Shown here: positions 37,254 to 47,184 of the stretch, in pieces | How positions within the stretch are numbered: the first letter of the stretch is position 1 | Layout: every line of letters begins with the position of its first letter | DNA from: Thermoanaerobaculia bacterium | GTDB lineage: Bacteria > Acidobacteriota > Thermoanaerobaculia > Multivoradales > Multivoraceae | Reading direction: 5' to 3' | DNA length: 64,000 nt | Assembly (NCBI GenBank): GCA_022826745.1 | Contig: JAJDUI010000014.1 | Coordinates: 8,520 to 72,519, forward strand | Translations under genes and position numbers: made by a program | Notes under the pieces: model-generated | The model's input: only the letters and a program-made list of their open reading frames with translations | The model's database searches: none | Told to the model about the DNA's origin: nothing

Positions 37254-38594
37254 TCAGTCCGTGGAATCTCCAAGCGCCCAGGCATAGGCTGGCTGAGCCG
37301 CTACGCCAGCCGGCAATGCCGGCGGAATGCCATCTCGATGGAGCGTGAGCAGGAGCTTGCGGGCGTCGGGAAACGCCACTCCCGCCGCCTCGAGAGCCCG
37401 CAACTCCCGTTCAGCGGTCACCGGGTCCGAAGCGTCGGCACAGACCTGAATGAGTTCACGCTGCCCATCGGCGGAGCGGACCAGGAAGTCGACCTCGTAC
37501 CCCTTCCGCGTTCGAACATAGGTCACGTCGAGCCGCCTGCGCTCGAGCTCGACCAGGACGGCCGTTTCCAGGGCATGCCCGAGGTTCGCACGCCCGGTGC
37601 GGTCGAATAGCGGGATCAGCCCCGTATCGACGGGATACACCTTGCGCGGATTCACCATTCGCTGCCGTTCGGAGCCCGACTCCATCCAGACCACACGGAC
37701 GAGAAAACAGTCCTCCAGGTAGCCGAGGAATCGATGCACCGTGTCGCGCGCGATGGCGAGGCCCTGGGACTTGACCGCGGCATGGAACTTCTCGACACTG
37801 AACAGGCTGCCGGCGTTGCCGAGCAACTGTCGGACGAGCCACCGCAGCCCGGTGACGTTGCTGACGCTGTGACGTTCCACTACATCGCGCAGGATGGCCA
37901 CGTCCACGTAGTCGCGTAGCAGTTGCTGCCTCGAAGCGGCGTCGAGGCCTTGCGCCTCCGGGAATCCTCCGGTAGCAAGCCAGGCAGAGAAGGCTCGCTC
38001 CAGGCGTAGTCGCTCATCCCGAGGCAAGGTCCCGGTGCCGGACGGAGGCGCGATGCCCTGGTGGCGAATGGCCTCCTCGAAGCTGAAGGGGTGGATCAGC
38101 ACTTGCCACGCACGACCGCGAAGCGCGGTCGCGATCTCCCGCGACAGAAGTGCGGCCGACGAGCCTGAGACGACCACCTGCACATCGCGGGTGTCGAGCA
38201 ACCGTCGCACGAAGCGCTCCCAATCCGGCACGAGATGTACTTCATCGAAACACCACATGACCGGTTCACCGTCCGGTCCGGCCGGCGATAGCCGGTCGTA
38301 CTCGTCGAGCAGGAGACCGAGGTGTCGGGTCTCCAGACCTGTCAACCGGTCATCCTCGAACGACAGGTAGGGCGCACGGAACGGCGCATCGCCTTCCGGC
38401 GTCCATTCCCTCCGGAGTTGGTGAAGAAACGTCGTCTTGCCGGCTCTCCGCATCCCCACCACAGCGGTGACCTTTCCCGGAAACCGCGTGCGCCCGGACA
38501 CACGTCGGAGAGTGTGGGAAGGCAACGGGTTCTGCAACGACTCCGCGAGTAACTCGGAGAACACCTGTCGGAGCTGAGTTGGCACGACTTCCAC
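37254..38594 (-). CDS. AAA_14 + DUF4143 ATP-binding protein
   Basis: GMRRAGKT, FDEVH, SGSS, GGFPE, PRKVYPVDTG, EVDF...IQVC; lower GC; SD AGGGAG before GTG 38594. Confidence 0.92.
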   Translation of the reverse strand: MEVVPTQLRQVFSELLAESLQNPLPSHTLRRVSGRTRFPGKVTAVVGMRRAGKTTFLHQLRREWTPEGDAPFRAPYLSFEDDRLTGLETRHLGLLLDEYDRLSPAGPDGEPVMWCFDEVHLVPDWERFVRRLLDTRDVQVVVSGSSAALLSREIATALRGRAWQVLIHPFSFEEAIRHQGIAPPSGTGTLPRDERLRLERAFSAWLATGGFPEAQGLDAASRQQLLRDYVDVAILRDVVERHSVSNVTGLRWLVRQLLGNAGSLFSVEKFHAAVKSQGLAIARDTVHRFLGYLEDCFLVRVVWMESGSERQRMVNPRKVYPVDTGLIPLFDRTGRANLGHALETAVLVELERRRLDVTYVRTRKGYEVDFLVRSADGQRELIQVCADASDPVTAERELRALEAAGVAFPDARKLLLTLHRDGIPPALPAGVAAQPAYAWALGDSTD

Positions 38595-38598
38595 GTTA

Positions 38599-38685
38599 TT
38601 CTCCCTCTGAGAAGGAGAATATGCCACAGTTTTCTCCCTCTGACAAGGAGAACTTAGACCTAAGTTCTCCTTCTCACAAGGAGAA
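38599..38685 (-). promoter_or_regulatory. Three palindromic operator-like repeats overlapping a sigma70 promoter
   Basis: TTCTCC-N9-GGAGAA at 38599, 38632 and 38665 (33-bp period); minus-strand TTGTCA (38646-38641), 17 nt, CATATT (38623-38618). Confidence 0.75.
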
Positions 38686-38705
38686 CTCGATCGACGGCGC
38701 AGCCG

Positions 38706-39473
38706 CTACCTGACGGGGTGCATGTCGAGGTCCAGCCGGTCGAAGTACTCGATGCGGTTCGGCATCGTCGCCTGGATCGTCTCGGCCATGCCGCGGGAGA
38801 TCCGCTCCCGGCGGTGTCGGAGAGCGAAGAACGGCCCGAAGCTCTCGGCAACGTCCTCCCGATGGGGGTGTTCGCGCGCGTAGTCCGAGACAAAACCCCC
38901 GTCGGCGTCCTGCGCGGCGAGCCAGGCGTCGGCGACCGCATGGGTCGGATCCAGGGAGGTGTGCGCCGCCTCGTGCATCAGGATCTCCTCCAGCACGCCG
39001 TCGCGCAGGTACTCAGCGGCCTTGCCGGTGTGGATCAGGATGTTGTCGTTGCCGCCGCCGAAGGGCATGACGCCCTGGTGGATCCAGACCGTCTCGACCC
39101 GGCTCCGCAGGCCCGCCGGCAACTGCCCGATCGCTCGGGCGTAGAAGGCAGCGTGGCGCTCGGCGAGAACCGGATCGCCGAACTCCGCGTTGACCTGCAC
39201 CTCCACGACCGCCTCACCCTCGAAGGCGGCGTTGAACAGGTAGGCATCGGTGAGGACGAACGCGTCCGCGCGACGATCGAACATGGTGCGCGTGTCCCGG
39301 CCCGCGTAGTGGAGACTCCGCAACGCAGACGAGTCGGACGCAACGATGAGATCGGGGTCGATGAACGCCGTGCCCTCGTAGGGCGGCTTCTCGTGCAGCG
39401 GTTCAGGCTCCGCACAGGCGAAGGAGACGAGCAGGAGAGCCACGAGCTCGGATCCCGGTCGCAGACGGAACAC
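38706..39473 (-). CDS. Putative lipoprotein with zincin-like HExxH motif
   Basis: LLLVSFAC lipobox-like; ILMHEAAH ... SDYA ... EDVAESF; start approximate. Confidence 0.7.
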   Translation of the reverse strand: MFRLRPGSELVALLLVSFACAEPEPLHEKPPYEGTAFIDPDLIVASDSSALRSLHYAGRDTRTMFDRRADAFVLTDAYLFNAAFEGEAVVEVQVNAEFGDPVLAERHAAFYARAIGQLPAGLRSRVETVWIHQGVMPFGGGNDNILIHTGKAAEYLRDGVLEEILMHEAAHTSLDPTHAVADAWLAAQDADGGFVSDYAREHPHREDVAESFGPFFALRHRRERISRGMAETIQATMPNRIEYFDRLDLDMHPVR

Positions 39474-39483
39474 GGCCGGCAGC

Positions 39484-40710
39484 TCAGACGATGCGGACTT
39501 CCGGCACCGGCAGGATGAACTTGCCGCCGCGGCGGCGGAACTCGGCCTGCTGCTTGAGGATTTCCTCCTCGAAGTTCCAGGCAAGGAGGAGGACGTGGTC
39601 CGGCGACGGCTCCTCCAGGAGTCGCTCCGGCGCGACGATCGGGATGTGGGAGCCCGGGGTGTAGCGGCCCTGCTTGAGCGGGCTGCGGTCGGCGATGAAG
39701 TCGAGCAGGTCCGGGCCGACGCCGAAGAACTCGAGCAGCGTGCTGCCCTTGGCGGGAGCGCCGTAGCCGGCCAGCCGGCGGCCGTCCGCCTTGAGGCGGT
39801 TGAGGCAGTCCATGACCTCCGCCTTCAACGTGTCGACGCGCTCGGCGAACGCGCGCCAGGTCGAGAACATGTCGATGCCGAGCTCCCGTTCCGCGGCGAG
39901 AACCTCCGCAACGCTGGCATCCACTTCGCCCTCGCCGCGGCGCATCACGGTGGCGCGAAGCTGGCCGTGGTGGATCGGCAGCCGCTCCGCACGCACGACC
40001 TCCATGCCGTGGCTTTCGAAGAGCCGCATCATCGGACCCAGCGCCCAGTAGGAGACGTGCTCGTGGTACACGGTGTCGAAGGCGAGCTGGTCGAGCAGAT
40101 CGACCAGGTAGTGGGCCTCGAGGACGAAGGCGCCGCCGGGCGCGAGGGCCGTATCGAGGCCGGCGACGAAGCCTGAGAGGTCGGGGATGTGTGGAAAGGT
40201 GTTCGTCGCCGTGATCAGCGCCGCCCGGCCCCAGCGGTCGGTAATCTCGCCGGCGGTGTCCGCGCCGAAGAAACCCTGGTAACGCTCGATCCCCGTGTCG
40301 CGGCTGAACTCGGCCAGATTCTCGGCCGGGTCGACGCCGAGGGTGCGGGCGCCGCGGTCGCGGAAGCAGCAGAGGAGCGAGGCGTCGTTGCAGCCGATGT
40401 CGATGACGAGGCCGCCGTCGGCGAGGTCGTGGCGCGCGGTGAGCGTTGCCGCCAGGTCGTCGAAATGGGCCCGCAGCGTGTCCGAGGCGGAGGACACGTA
40501 GAGGTAGTCCGTGAACATCGTCTCCGGCGGCACGCGGTCCACAAGCTGGACGTGGCCGCAGCCGTGGCAGAAACCGACGCGCAGCGGAAACCGGGGTTCG
40601 GGCTGGCGGAGGTCTTCGGCGGTGGGGAACTTGTTGGCCAGGGCGGTGCGGCCGAGGTCGAGGAAGGTCTCCACCTCGCGTGCAGCGCATACGAGGCAAA
40701 CTGCAGTCAC
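39484..40710 (-). CDS. NDP-sugar C-methyltransferase-type class I SAM methyltransferase
   Basis: CLVC...CHGC Zn motif, YLYVSS, DIGCND, FDTVYHEH, GYGAPAKG, LLAWNF. Confidence 0.92.
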   Translation of the reverse strand: MTAVCLVCAAREVETFLDLGRTALANKFPTAEDLRQPEPRFPLRVGFCHGCGHVQLVDRVPPETMFTDYLYVSSASDTLRAHFDDLAATLTARHDLADGGLVIDIGCNDASLLCCFRDRGARTLGVDPAENLAEFSRDTGIERYQGFFGADTAGEITDRWGRAALITATNTFPHIPDLSGFVAGLDTALAPGGAFVLEAHYLVDLLDQLAFDTVYHEHVSYWALGPMMRLFESHGMEVVRAERLPIHHGQLRATVMRRGEGEVDASVAEVLAAERELGIDMFSTWRAFAERVDTLKAEVMDCLNRLKADGRRLAGYGAPAKGSTLLEFFGVGPDLLDFIADRSPLKQGRYTPGSHIPIVAPERLLEEPSPDHVLLLAWNFEEEILKQQAEFRRRGGKFILPVPEVRIV

Positions 40711-40735
40711 CTAACTCCTCGCACGGTCCCGGAGT

Positions 40736-40758
40736 GCCGGCCAGAAGGCCGGCGCACC
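40736..40758 (+). repeat. REP-like palindrome
   Basis: GCCGGC-CAGAAG-GCCGGC-GCACC, intergenic. Confidence 0.6.
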
Positions 40759-40783
40759 GACAGTCGGACATCCAGCCGCAACG

Positions 40784-41791
40784 TCAGCCATGGTGGAACG
40801 GGGCGACGAGCTGCGAGCCGTGGGACTCGTGGCCGACGGGCAGTTCGTAGAGGTCGGCCAGCGCCGAGCGCACCGCGGCCCGGCGATCGGGCGGCACGAC
40901 GAAGAGCAGGAACCCGCCGCCGCCGGCGCCGCAGAGCTTGCCTCCGAGAGCGCCGGCCGCGATGGCCGCGTCGTACCAGCCGTCGATCAGCGGCGTCGTG
41001 ATCGACCCCGCGAGTTCCCGCTTCATCCGCCAGCCGTGGTCGAGGAGCCGGCCGATACCCTCGACATCGATCTCGCCCGCGCCCAGCGCCGCGTGCAGGT
41101 CGCGGGCCTGGTCGCGCATCCTGCGCAGGGACTCCAGGTTCAGCTCCGTGCGGTCGTCCTGCTCCGAGAGGACGGCGCTGGCGTCGCGCTGGTGTCCGGT
41201 CCAGAACATGAGCACGGAACGAAACAGCTCGCGCAGCCGATCGCCGGGGATCCGCAGGTGCTCGACGGTCACCCCGCCGTCCGGCTTGAACGACAGCAGG
41301 TTGAGCCCGCCATAGGCCGCCGCGTACTGGTCCTGCTTGCCGATCCGCGCGCCCAGCACGTCGATCTCGATGTGGCAGGCCTCCTCCGCCAGTTGGCCCG
41401 CCGAGGCGCGCTCGCCCCTGTAGGAGTGCAGCGCGTTCAGCAGGCCGACGGCGAAGGCGCTCGAGCCGCCGAGGCCGGTGGACGCCGGCACATCGCCGAC
41501 GGTCGAGATGTAGACCGGCGGGTCGACGCCGACGAAGCGCAGGCACTCGCGGGCAATGTTGTTGTCCAGTTCGTCGATCCGTTCGACCTGTTCGCTCCGC
41601 GAGTAGTTGACGCGGACCGGCTCGAAGAAGAGCTCGCTGTGGCGCTTCACCGTGACGTAGACGTAGCGGTCGATCGTGGTCGAGAGCACCGCGCCACCCT
41701 CCCGCCGGTAGAACGCCGGCAGGTCGGTGCCGCCGCCCACCAGGGACACCCGCAGCGGGGTGCGGGTCACGATCAGCCTGGACTGGTCCAC
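40784..41791 (-). CDS. GHMP sugar kinase, HddA-like (heptose-7-phosphate kinase family)
   Basis: TPLRVSLVGGGTD, P..TGLGGSS, IGKQDQY, GGKLCGAGGGG. Confidence 0.9.
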   Translation of the reverse strand: MDQSRLIVTRTPLRVSLVGGGTDLPAFYRREGGAVLSTTIDRYVYVTVKRHSELFFEPVRVNYSRSEQVERIDELDNNIARECLRFVGVDPPVYISTVGDVPASTGLGGSSAFAVGLLNALHSYRGERASAGQLAEEACHIEIDVLGARIGKQDQYAAAYGGLNLLSFKPDGGVTVEHLRIPGDRLRELFRSVLMFWTGHQRDASAVLSEQDDRTELNLESLRRMRDQARDLHAALGAGEIDVEGIGRLLDHGWRMKRELAGSITTPLIDGWYDAAIAAGALGGKLCGAGGGGFLLFVVPPDRRAAVRSALADLYELPVGHESHGSQLVAPFHHG

Positions 41792-41813
41792 GTCTGCGAG
41801 AGTTCCAACCGCC

Positions 41814-42263
41814 TCAGCCGTGCCGGAGCGCCCAGTCGTAGGGGATCCGGTCGGTGAAGGGGTCGAGCCGCTCCATCTCGTCCGGGTCGTGCGGCTCGGT
41901 GGCGGCGTTCGCCATGATCACCTGCCTGTCGCCGTACGCCTTGTAGCCGTTGGCGATCCCCGGCGGAATCTGCACCAGGACGTAGTTGTCCTCGCCGAAG
42001 AAGACCTCCTGGAGCTCGCCGCGGGTCGGCGAGTCCTCGCGCAGGTCGAACATGACGAGTTTGGCCCGGCCGCTGATCACCGCGTTGTTCACGGTCATCG
42101 AGCGGTGGATGTGCCAGGCCTTGATCGTCCCCGGCCAGGCGGTCGAGAAGTAGATCTCGCCGAAGCCGAGGAAGTGCTCGTCCGTGGCCTTCAGCATGTG
42201 CATGATCTTGCCCCGCTCGTCGACGATCTGACGAAGCGGAACCACCTTGACGCCGTGGATCAT
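41814..42263 (-). CDS. RmlC-like NDP-sugar 3,5-epimerase
   Basis: [26 protein letters not shown]. Confidence 0.88.
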   Translation of the reverse strand: MIHGVKVVPLRQIVDERGKIMHMLKATDEHFLGFGEIYFSTAWPGTIKAWHIHRSMTVNNAVISGRAKLVMFDLREDSPTRGELQEVFFGEDNYVLVQIPPGIANGYKAYGDRQVIMANAATEPHDPDEMERLDPFTDRIPYDWALRHG

Positions 42264-43357
42264 CCCCCACCCTCCAGGTTTGCTGCCTCCGGTTCTGTCT
42301 CCTCGCCGCCGGCGCCGGCAACCCAGCGCAGCGATCTGTCCAGCCGTCCCGAATCGAGCAGCCGGTTGAGCCAGCGCAGGCGAACGAAGCGCGGGTCGCC
42401 GTAGAGCGCCGCATCGAGGCCGATGCCGCCGTAGTCCTCGATCAACCGCTTCGCGCCGGCGGCCGCGTCCCGGAACTCGAAGTCCGGGAAGGCGCGGGCG
42501 AACTTCTCGAACGAGGCCCGGTAGGTGCGCTGGTCCGCGCCGGGCTCGCCCCGTACCTCGACCTCGCAGCCCGGCACGAGATCGGCCGCGATCTCGGCGA
42601 GTTCGATCACCTGGTGGTTCAGATGGTCGGCGCCGGTGTTGAAGGCCTCGTTGTGAACCACGGAGAGCGGCGCTTCGAGCACGCGGCCGAATGCCGACGC
42701 CACGTCCTCGACGTGGACGACCGGCCGCCACGGCTTGCCGTCGCCGTAGACCACGACCCGCCGGTTGGCGAACGCGGCGCCCGTCAGGTCGTTCAGGACC
42801 GTGTCGAATCGCATCCGGGGAGACAACCCGTAGACCGTGCCGTTGCGCAGGAACGTCGGCGAGAAACCGTCGCTCGCCAGTTGCCGGATCGCCTCCTCGC
42901 TCCGGACCTTGGAACGCGCGTACAGTGTGCGCGGGTCGAGCGGCGAGGTTTCGTCGACCGTCTCCGTGCTCGACTGGCCGTACATGATGCAGGACGACGA
43001 GAACAGGAAGCGACGCACCTCGGCCTCACGCGCGAGTTCCGCAAGCCGCACGGAAGAACGATGGTTGATCTCCTCCGTCCAGGTCTCGTCCAGGTTGCCG
43101 ATCGGATCGTTCGAGAGCGCGGCGAGATGGATCACCGCGTAGAAGGCGCGCAGGTCGGCCGGCTCCAGGTCGCGGATGTCCTTGCGGATCGACGGAATCG
43201 GCACCGGGTCGCCGGTGATCGTGCAGTCGTCGAAGTAGCCGGTGTCGAGCCCGACGACGTCGTAGCCGCGCTCAAGTAGCCAGGGCGCCACGACCGAGCC
43301 GAGGTAACCGCGGTGCCCGGTGACCAGGACCGGACGGCGGACGAAGGCGGAACTCAT
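42260..43357 (-). CDS. NAD-dependent epimerase/dehydratase
   Basis: [29 protein letters not shown]. Confidence 0.92.
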   Translation of the reverse strand: MSSAFVRRPVLVTGHRGYLGSVVAPWLLERGYDVVGLDTGYFDDCTITGDPVPIPSIRKDIRDLEPADLRAFYAVIHLAALSNDPIGNLDETWTEEINHRSSVRLAELAREAEVRRFLFSSSCIMYGQSSTETVDETSPLDPRTLYARSKVRSEEAIRQLASDGFSPTFLRNGTVYGLSPRMRFDTVLNDLTGAAFANRRVVVYGDGKPWRPVVHVEDVASAFGRVLEAPLSVVHNEAFNTGADHLNHQVIELAEIAADLVPGCEVEVRGEPGADQRTYRASFEKFARAFPDFEFRDAAAGAKRLIEDYGGIGLDAALYGDPRFVRLRWLNRLLDSGRLDRSLRWVAGAGGEETEPEAANLEGGG

Positions 43358-44577
43358 CCCGCCACCGCCGTTCTGCCGGTCGCTTGAAGGCCCAGCAGCC
43401 GCTCGGCGTGGGCGAGCAGCGGTTCGCTCCCGGTGACCAGGCCGAACGGGCAGCCCGCCGCGTCGGCCGCCTGGCCGTCGCGCTCGTCGTCGCCCAGGAA
43501 CGTCGTCCGGGTCAGGTCGAGATGGTGATCGCGCTGAGCCATGAAGAGCATCCCCGGCGCCGGCTTGCGGCACTCGCAGCCTTCGTCCCAGCCGTGGGGG
43601 CAGTAGTAGATGCGGTCGATCCGTCCACCTGCCTCCTCCGCCTCGTCGCAGAGACGCCGATGGACCGCGGCCAGGTCGTCCTCGGTCATTCGCCCCCGCG
43701 CGATCCCCGGCTGGTTCGACACGACGAGCACCCGCCAGCCGGCCCGGTTGAAGGCGGCGAGCGCCTCGCGGGCCCCCGGCAGCCAGCGGAGCTCTTCCGG
43801 CGTGCAGACGTACTCGGCCCTCGGCGGGCGCACGTTCAGCACGCCGTCGCGGTCGAGGATGATCGTCGGCGTGCGGGCGAAGAACGCCTCGGTCAGCGGC
43901 AACCGCTCGTGACCCCCGACGCTGTAGTAGCGGTGCTCGCTCCAGTAGGCGTGGAGCTGGCCGCGCGCGGTCAGCGCCGGGTAGACCGCCTCCTCGAACA
44001 GCTCCTGGTGATCCGGAAGCAGCGGCAGCACCGCCGACTTCTCGAGGATCGCGTAGCTGATCTCGACGCCGCTGAGCCCGGGCGTCGTCCGGCCGCGGTC
44101 GAAGACGGTCACGAAGCCGTCCTCGCCGACGATCACGCTGTCCCGGGTGTAGCCGTCGCGGTTCCCGTAGACGGTGATCTGCGCCGCCGCCCCGGACTCG
44201 ACGTAGGCGCGCCACATCCGGTCGAACTGCATCGGCCAGTAGTTGTCGCAGTAGAGGAGCAGGAACCGCTCGTCGAGCTGCTCGGCCGCGTCCTTGACCC
44301 GGTGCGCCGTCAGGTCGTCCGGCCCCGTCACCCGGTGGCTGATCTCCACGCCGTAGGCCGAACCGTCACCGAAGTGGTCGATCATCGCCTCGGCGCGGTA
44401 GCCGAGCAGCAGCAGGACGCGCTCGAAGCCCTGCTCGCGCAGCATGTCGACGACGTGGCCGAGGAAGGGCTTGCTGTGGAACGGAATCAACGCCTTGGGC
44501 AGCGTGTCCGTAAGCGGCGCCAGACGGGTTCCCCGGCCACCGGCCAGGATCACGGCCTGGGTAGGTCGGGAGTGCAT
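43354..44577 (-). CDS. Fused sugar-phosphate nucleotidyltransferase + HAD-IIIA (GmhB-like) phosphatase
   Basis: [13 protein letters not shown] at the N-terminus; [28 protein letters not shown] at the C-terminus. Confidence 0.92.
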   Translation of the reverse strand: MHSRPTQAVILAGGRGTRLAPLTDTLPKALIPFHSKPFLGHVVDMLREQGFERVLLLLGYRAEAMIDHFGDGSAYGVEISHRVTGPDDLTAHRVKDAAEQLDERFLLLYCDNYWPMQFDRMWRAYVESGAAAQITVYGNRDGYTRDSVIVGEDGFVTVFDRGRTTPGLSGVEISYAILEKSAVLPLLPDHQELFEEAVYPALTARGQLHAYWSEHRYYSVGGHERLPLTEAFFARTPTIILDRDGVLNVRPPRAEYVCTPEELRWLPGAREALAAFNRAGWRVLVVSNQPGIARGRMTEDDLAAVHRRLCDEAEEAGGRIDRIYYCPHGWDEGCECRKPAPGMLFMAQRDHHLDLTRTTFLGDDERDGQAADAAGCPFGLVTGSEPLLAHAERLLGLQATGRTAVAG

Positions 44578-44618
44578 CGTGGATCGATCGTTGGCGAGAA
44601 AGCCGCGCGCAGGCGAGA

Positions 44619-47096
44619 CTACCAACGACGAACGCGTTGACCGGCGGGGTCGTACATGGGTCGGACGGAGGCCTCGGCCGGAAAGCGGACGCCCGCCACC
44701 TCGATCTCGAAGCGGTCGGGCAGTTCGGGGAAGTCGGGCAACAGCGACATGCGGACGTAGCCGAGGCCGACGGCCGCTCCCAGGGTGTGGCCATAGCTCC
44801 CGGAGGTGACGTAGCCCGCGATCTCGTCTCCCAGCCAGATCGGTTCGTTGTGGTAGAGCAGGGGTTGCGGATCCCGGAGTCTGAACTGGACCAGGCGCTT
44901 CGCGATGCCGCTCTCCTTCTGCCCGAGCAGCGCCTCGCGGCCGATGAAGCCGCCGGGCTTGTCGAACCGGACGGCAAACCCGAGACCCGCTTCGAGCGGC
45001 GAGTCCTGATCGGTGATGTCGTGGCCCCAGTGGCGGTAGGCCTTCTCGATGCGCAGGGAGTCCAGGGCGTGGAAACCGGCATGGACGAGGTCGAACGCCT
45101 CGCCGGCCGCCACGATCTCGTCGTAGACGCCGGCCGCAAACTCCGTGGGGACGTAGAGCTCCCAACCGAGTTCGCCGACGTAGGTGATGCGCGATGCCCG
45201 CACCAGGCCGTAGCCCAGCTCGATCTCGCGGCTGGTCGCGAACGGGAACGCCTCGTTTGCCAGGTCCGCCGGCGTCAGGGACTGCAGGAGTGCGCGCGAG
45301 TTCGGCCCCATCAGGGAGATGACGCCCAGCGCCGAGGTCACGTTCACGAGCACGCAGTGCGCGTCGCCCGGAATGTGCGCCCTGAGCCAGTGAAAGTCCC
45401 GCACTTCGGAGGTCACAGCGGTGACGATCAGGTAGCAGTCTTCCGCCAGGCGCGTCACCGTGAGATCCGCCTCGATGCCGCCGCGCTCGTTCAGCCACTG
45501 GGTGTAGACGATGCGGCCGGGCGGCACGTCGACGTCGTTGGCGCAGACCCGGTTGAGCACCCTGGCCGCGTCCCGGCCCTCCAGGCGGAACTTCGCGAAC
45601 GACGACTGGTCGAACAGCCCCACGTTCTCGCGCACGGCCCGATGTTCCGCTGCCGAGTACTCGAACCAGTTCTGGCGCCCGTAGCTGTACTCGTAGCGGG
45701 CCGGAAAGCCGGCCGGCGCGTACCAGTTCGGCCGCTCCCAGCCGGCGAGCTCCCCGTAACACGCGCCGGCCGCCGCCAGGCGCTCGTACAGCGGCGACCG
45801 ACGCACTCCCCGCGCCGTCTCGAACTGTCGATACGGGTAGTGCATGGCGTAGAGAAGACCCAGACTCTCGGAGACCCGTTCGCGCAAGTACCTGCGGTTG
45901 CCCTGGAAGGGCAGATTGCGGCGCACGTCGACTTCCCAGAGATCGGCCGGCGGATGCCCTTCGAGAATCCACTCGGCAACGACCTTGCCGATCCCGCCCG
46001 CGGACTGGATGCCGATCGAGTTCAGGCCGGCCGCGACGAAGCAGTTCTCGCACTCGGGCGCCTGGCCGAGGTGGTAGCGGACATCGGGCGTGAAGCTCTC
46101 CGGGCCGCAGAAGAACTGCACGACATCGGCCGCCTGGAGGGCCGGCATGCGCTCCCTGGCGCCGCGAAGCAACGGCTCGAAGTGCTCGTGGTTGACGGCG
46201 ATCTGGTCGAAGCAGAAGTCCTCGGGGATGCCGTCCATGCCCCAGGGCCGCGCCTTCGGCTCGAAGACGCCGACGATCAGCTTGCCCGCGTCGTAGCGGA
46301 AGTACGAGATGGCGTCGTAGTCCCGCACGACGGGCATGTGCGCATCGAGTCCGTCGACGGAGTCGAAGCGGACGTAGTAGTGCTCGCAGGCGTGCAGCGG
46401 GACGTTGACGCCGATGGATCCGGCCAGCTCCCGGGTCCACATGCCGGCGCAGAGGACGACGCAGTCGGCATCGATGTCCCCCTGGTCCGTGGTGACGCCG
46501 ACAACACGCCCGCCGGCGGTGCGAACGGCGGTCACCGGCGCCTCCTCGACGATCCGGGCGCCGGCGGCGCGGGCGCCCGCGGCCAGCGCCAGCGTGACGT
46601 CCGTCGGGTTCGCGTAGCCGTCGCCGGGAATGTGCAGTCCGCCCAGCAGGTCGGAGGTCTCGAGCAGCGGCACGCGTTCCGCGATCGTCTTCGCCGTCAC
46701 CACGTCGACCTGCAGTCCGACCACCTTCGCCAGCGACGCGCCGCGCTGGAGTTCCTCGAAGCGCTCCGGGTCGGCGGTGACCGAAAGGGAGCCGCAGCGG
46801 CGATAACCCGTCGCCTGGCCGGTTTCCCGCTCGAGGCGAGCGTAGAGCTCGCTCGTGTAGCGGGCGAGGTTCGTCATCGCGACCGACTGCCGCAGCTGGC
46901 CGAGCAGGCCGGCGGCATGCCATGTGGTGCCGGACGTGATCCGCCGGCGCTCGAGAAGCAACACATCGGAGCGGCCCGAGCGCGCGAGATGGTAGGCGAC
47001 CGAACAGCCGATCACGCCGCCGCCGATGACGATCACGCCCGCGCGGCGCGGCAACGGGGGCTGCGCCGCGGAGCCCGGCGCGGCGGATGGAGCCAT
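44619..47096 (-). CDS. GcvT-family FAD-dependent oxidoreductase (dimethylglycine/sarcosine dehydrogenase-like)
   Basis: IGGGVIG, SGTTWHAAG, GPESFTPD, GWERPNW, TYVGELGWELY, LRIEKAYRHWG. Confidence 0.94.
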   Translation of the reverse strand: MAPSAAPGSAAQPPLPRRAGVIVIGGGVIGCSVAYHLARSGRSDVLLLERRRITSGTTWHAAGLLGQLRQSVAMTNLARYTSELYARLERETGQATGYRRCGSLSVTADPERFEELQRGASLAKVVGLQVDVVTAKTIAERVPLLETSDLLGGLHIPGDGYANPTDVTLALAAGARAAGARIVEEAPVTAVRTAGGRVVGVTTDQGDIDADCVVLCAGMWTRELAGSIGVNVPLHACEHYYVRFDSVDGLDAHMPVVRDYDAISYFRYDAGKLIVGVFEPKARPWGMDGIPEDFCFDQIAVNHEHFEPLLRGARERMPALQAADVVQFFCGPESFTPDVRYHLGQAPECENCFVAAGLNSIGIQSAGGIGKVVAEWILEGHPPADLWEVDVRRNLPFQGNRRYLRERVSESLGLLYAMHYPYRQFETARGVRRSPLYERLAAAGACYGELAGWERPNWYAPAGFPARYEYSYGRQNWFEYSAAEHRAVRENVGLFDQSSFAKFRLEGRDAARVLNRVCANDVDVPPGRIVYTQWLNERGGIEADLTVTRLAEDCYLIVTAVTSEVRDFHWLRAHIPGDAHCVLVNVTSALGVISLMGPNSRALLQSLTPADLANEAFPFATSREIELGYGLVRASRITYVGELGWELYVPTEFAAGVYDEIVAAGEAFDLVHAGFHALDSLRIEKAYRHWGHDITDQDSPLEAGLGFAVRFDKPGGFIGREALLGQKESGIAKRLVQFRLRDPQPLLYHNEPIWLGDEIAGYVTSGSYGHTLGAAVGLGYVRMSLLPDFPELPDRFEIEVAGVRFPAEASVRPMYDPAGQRVRRW

Positions 47097-47184
47097 GGTC
47101 GCGCAGCGTACTCCAGCGGCCTGGCGCGCTCATCCAGGCCGGCGACCGCCTCCTCCACCGGCTGCTAGTCTCCGAAGGGTTGCC

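Noticed and set aside
38599-38685. Possible mini-CRISPR array
   Set aside because: Spacers are only 12 bp, repeats are degenerate, no cas genes are present, and the array overlaps a promoter
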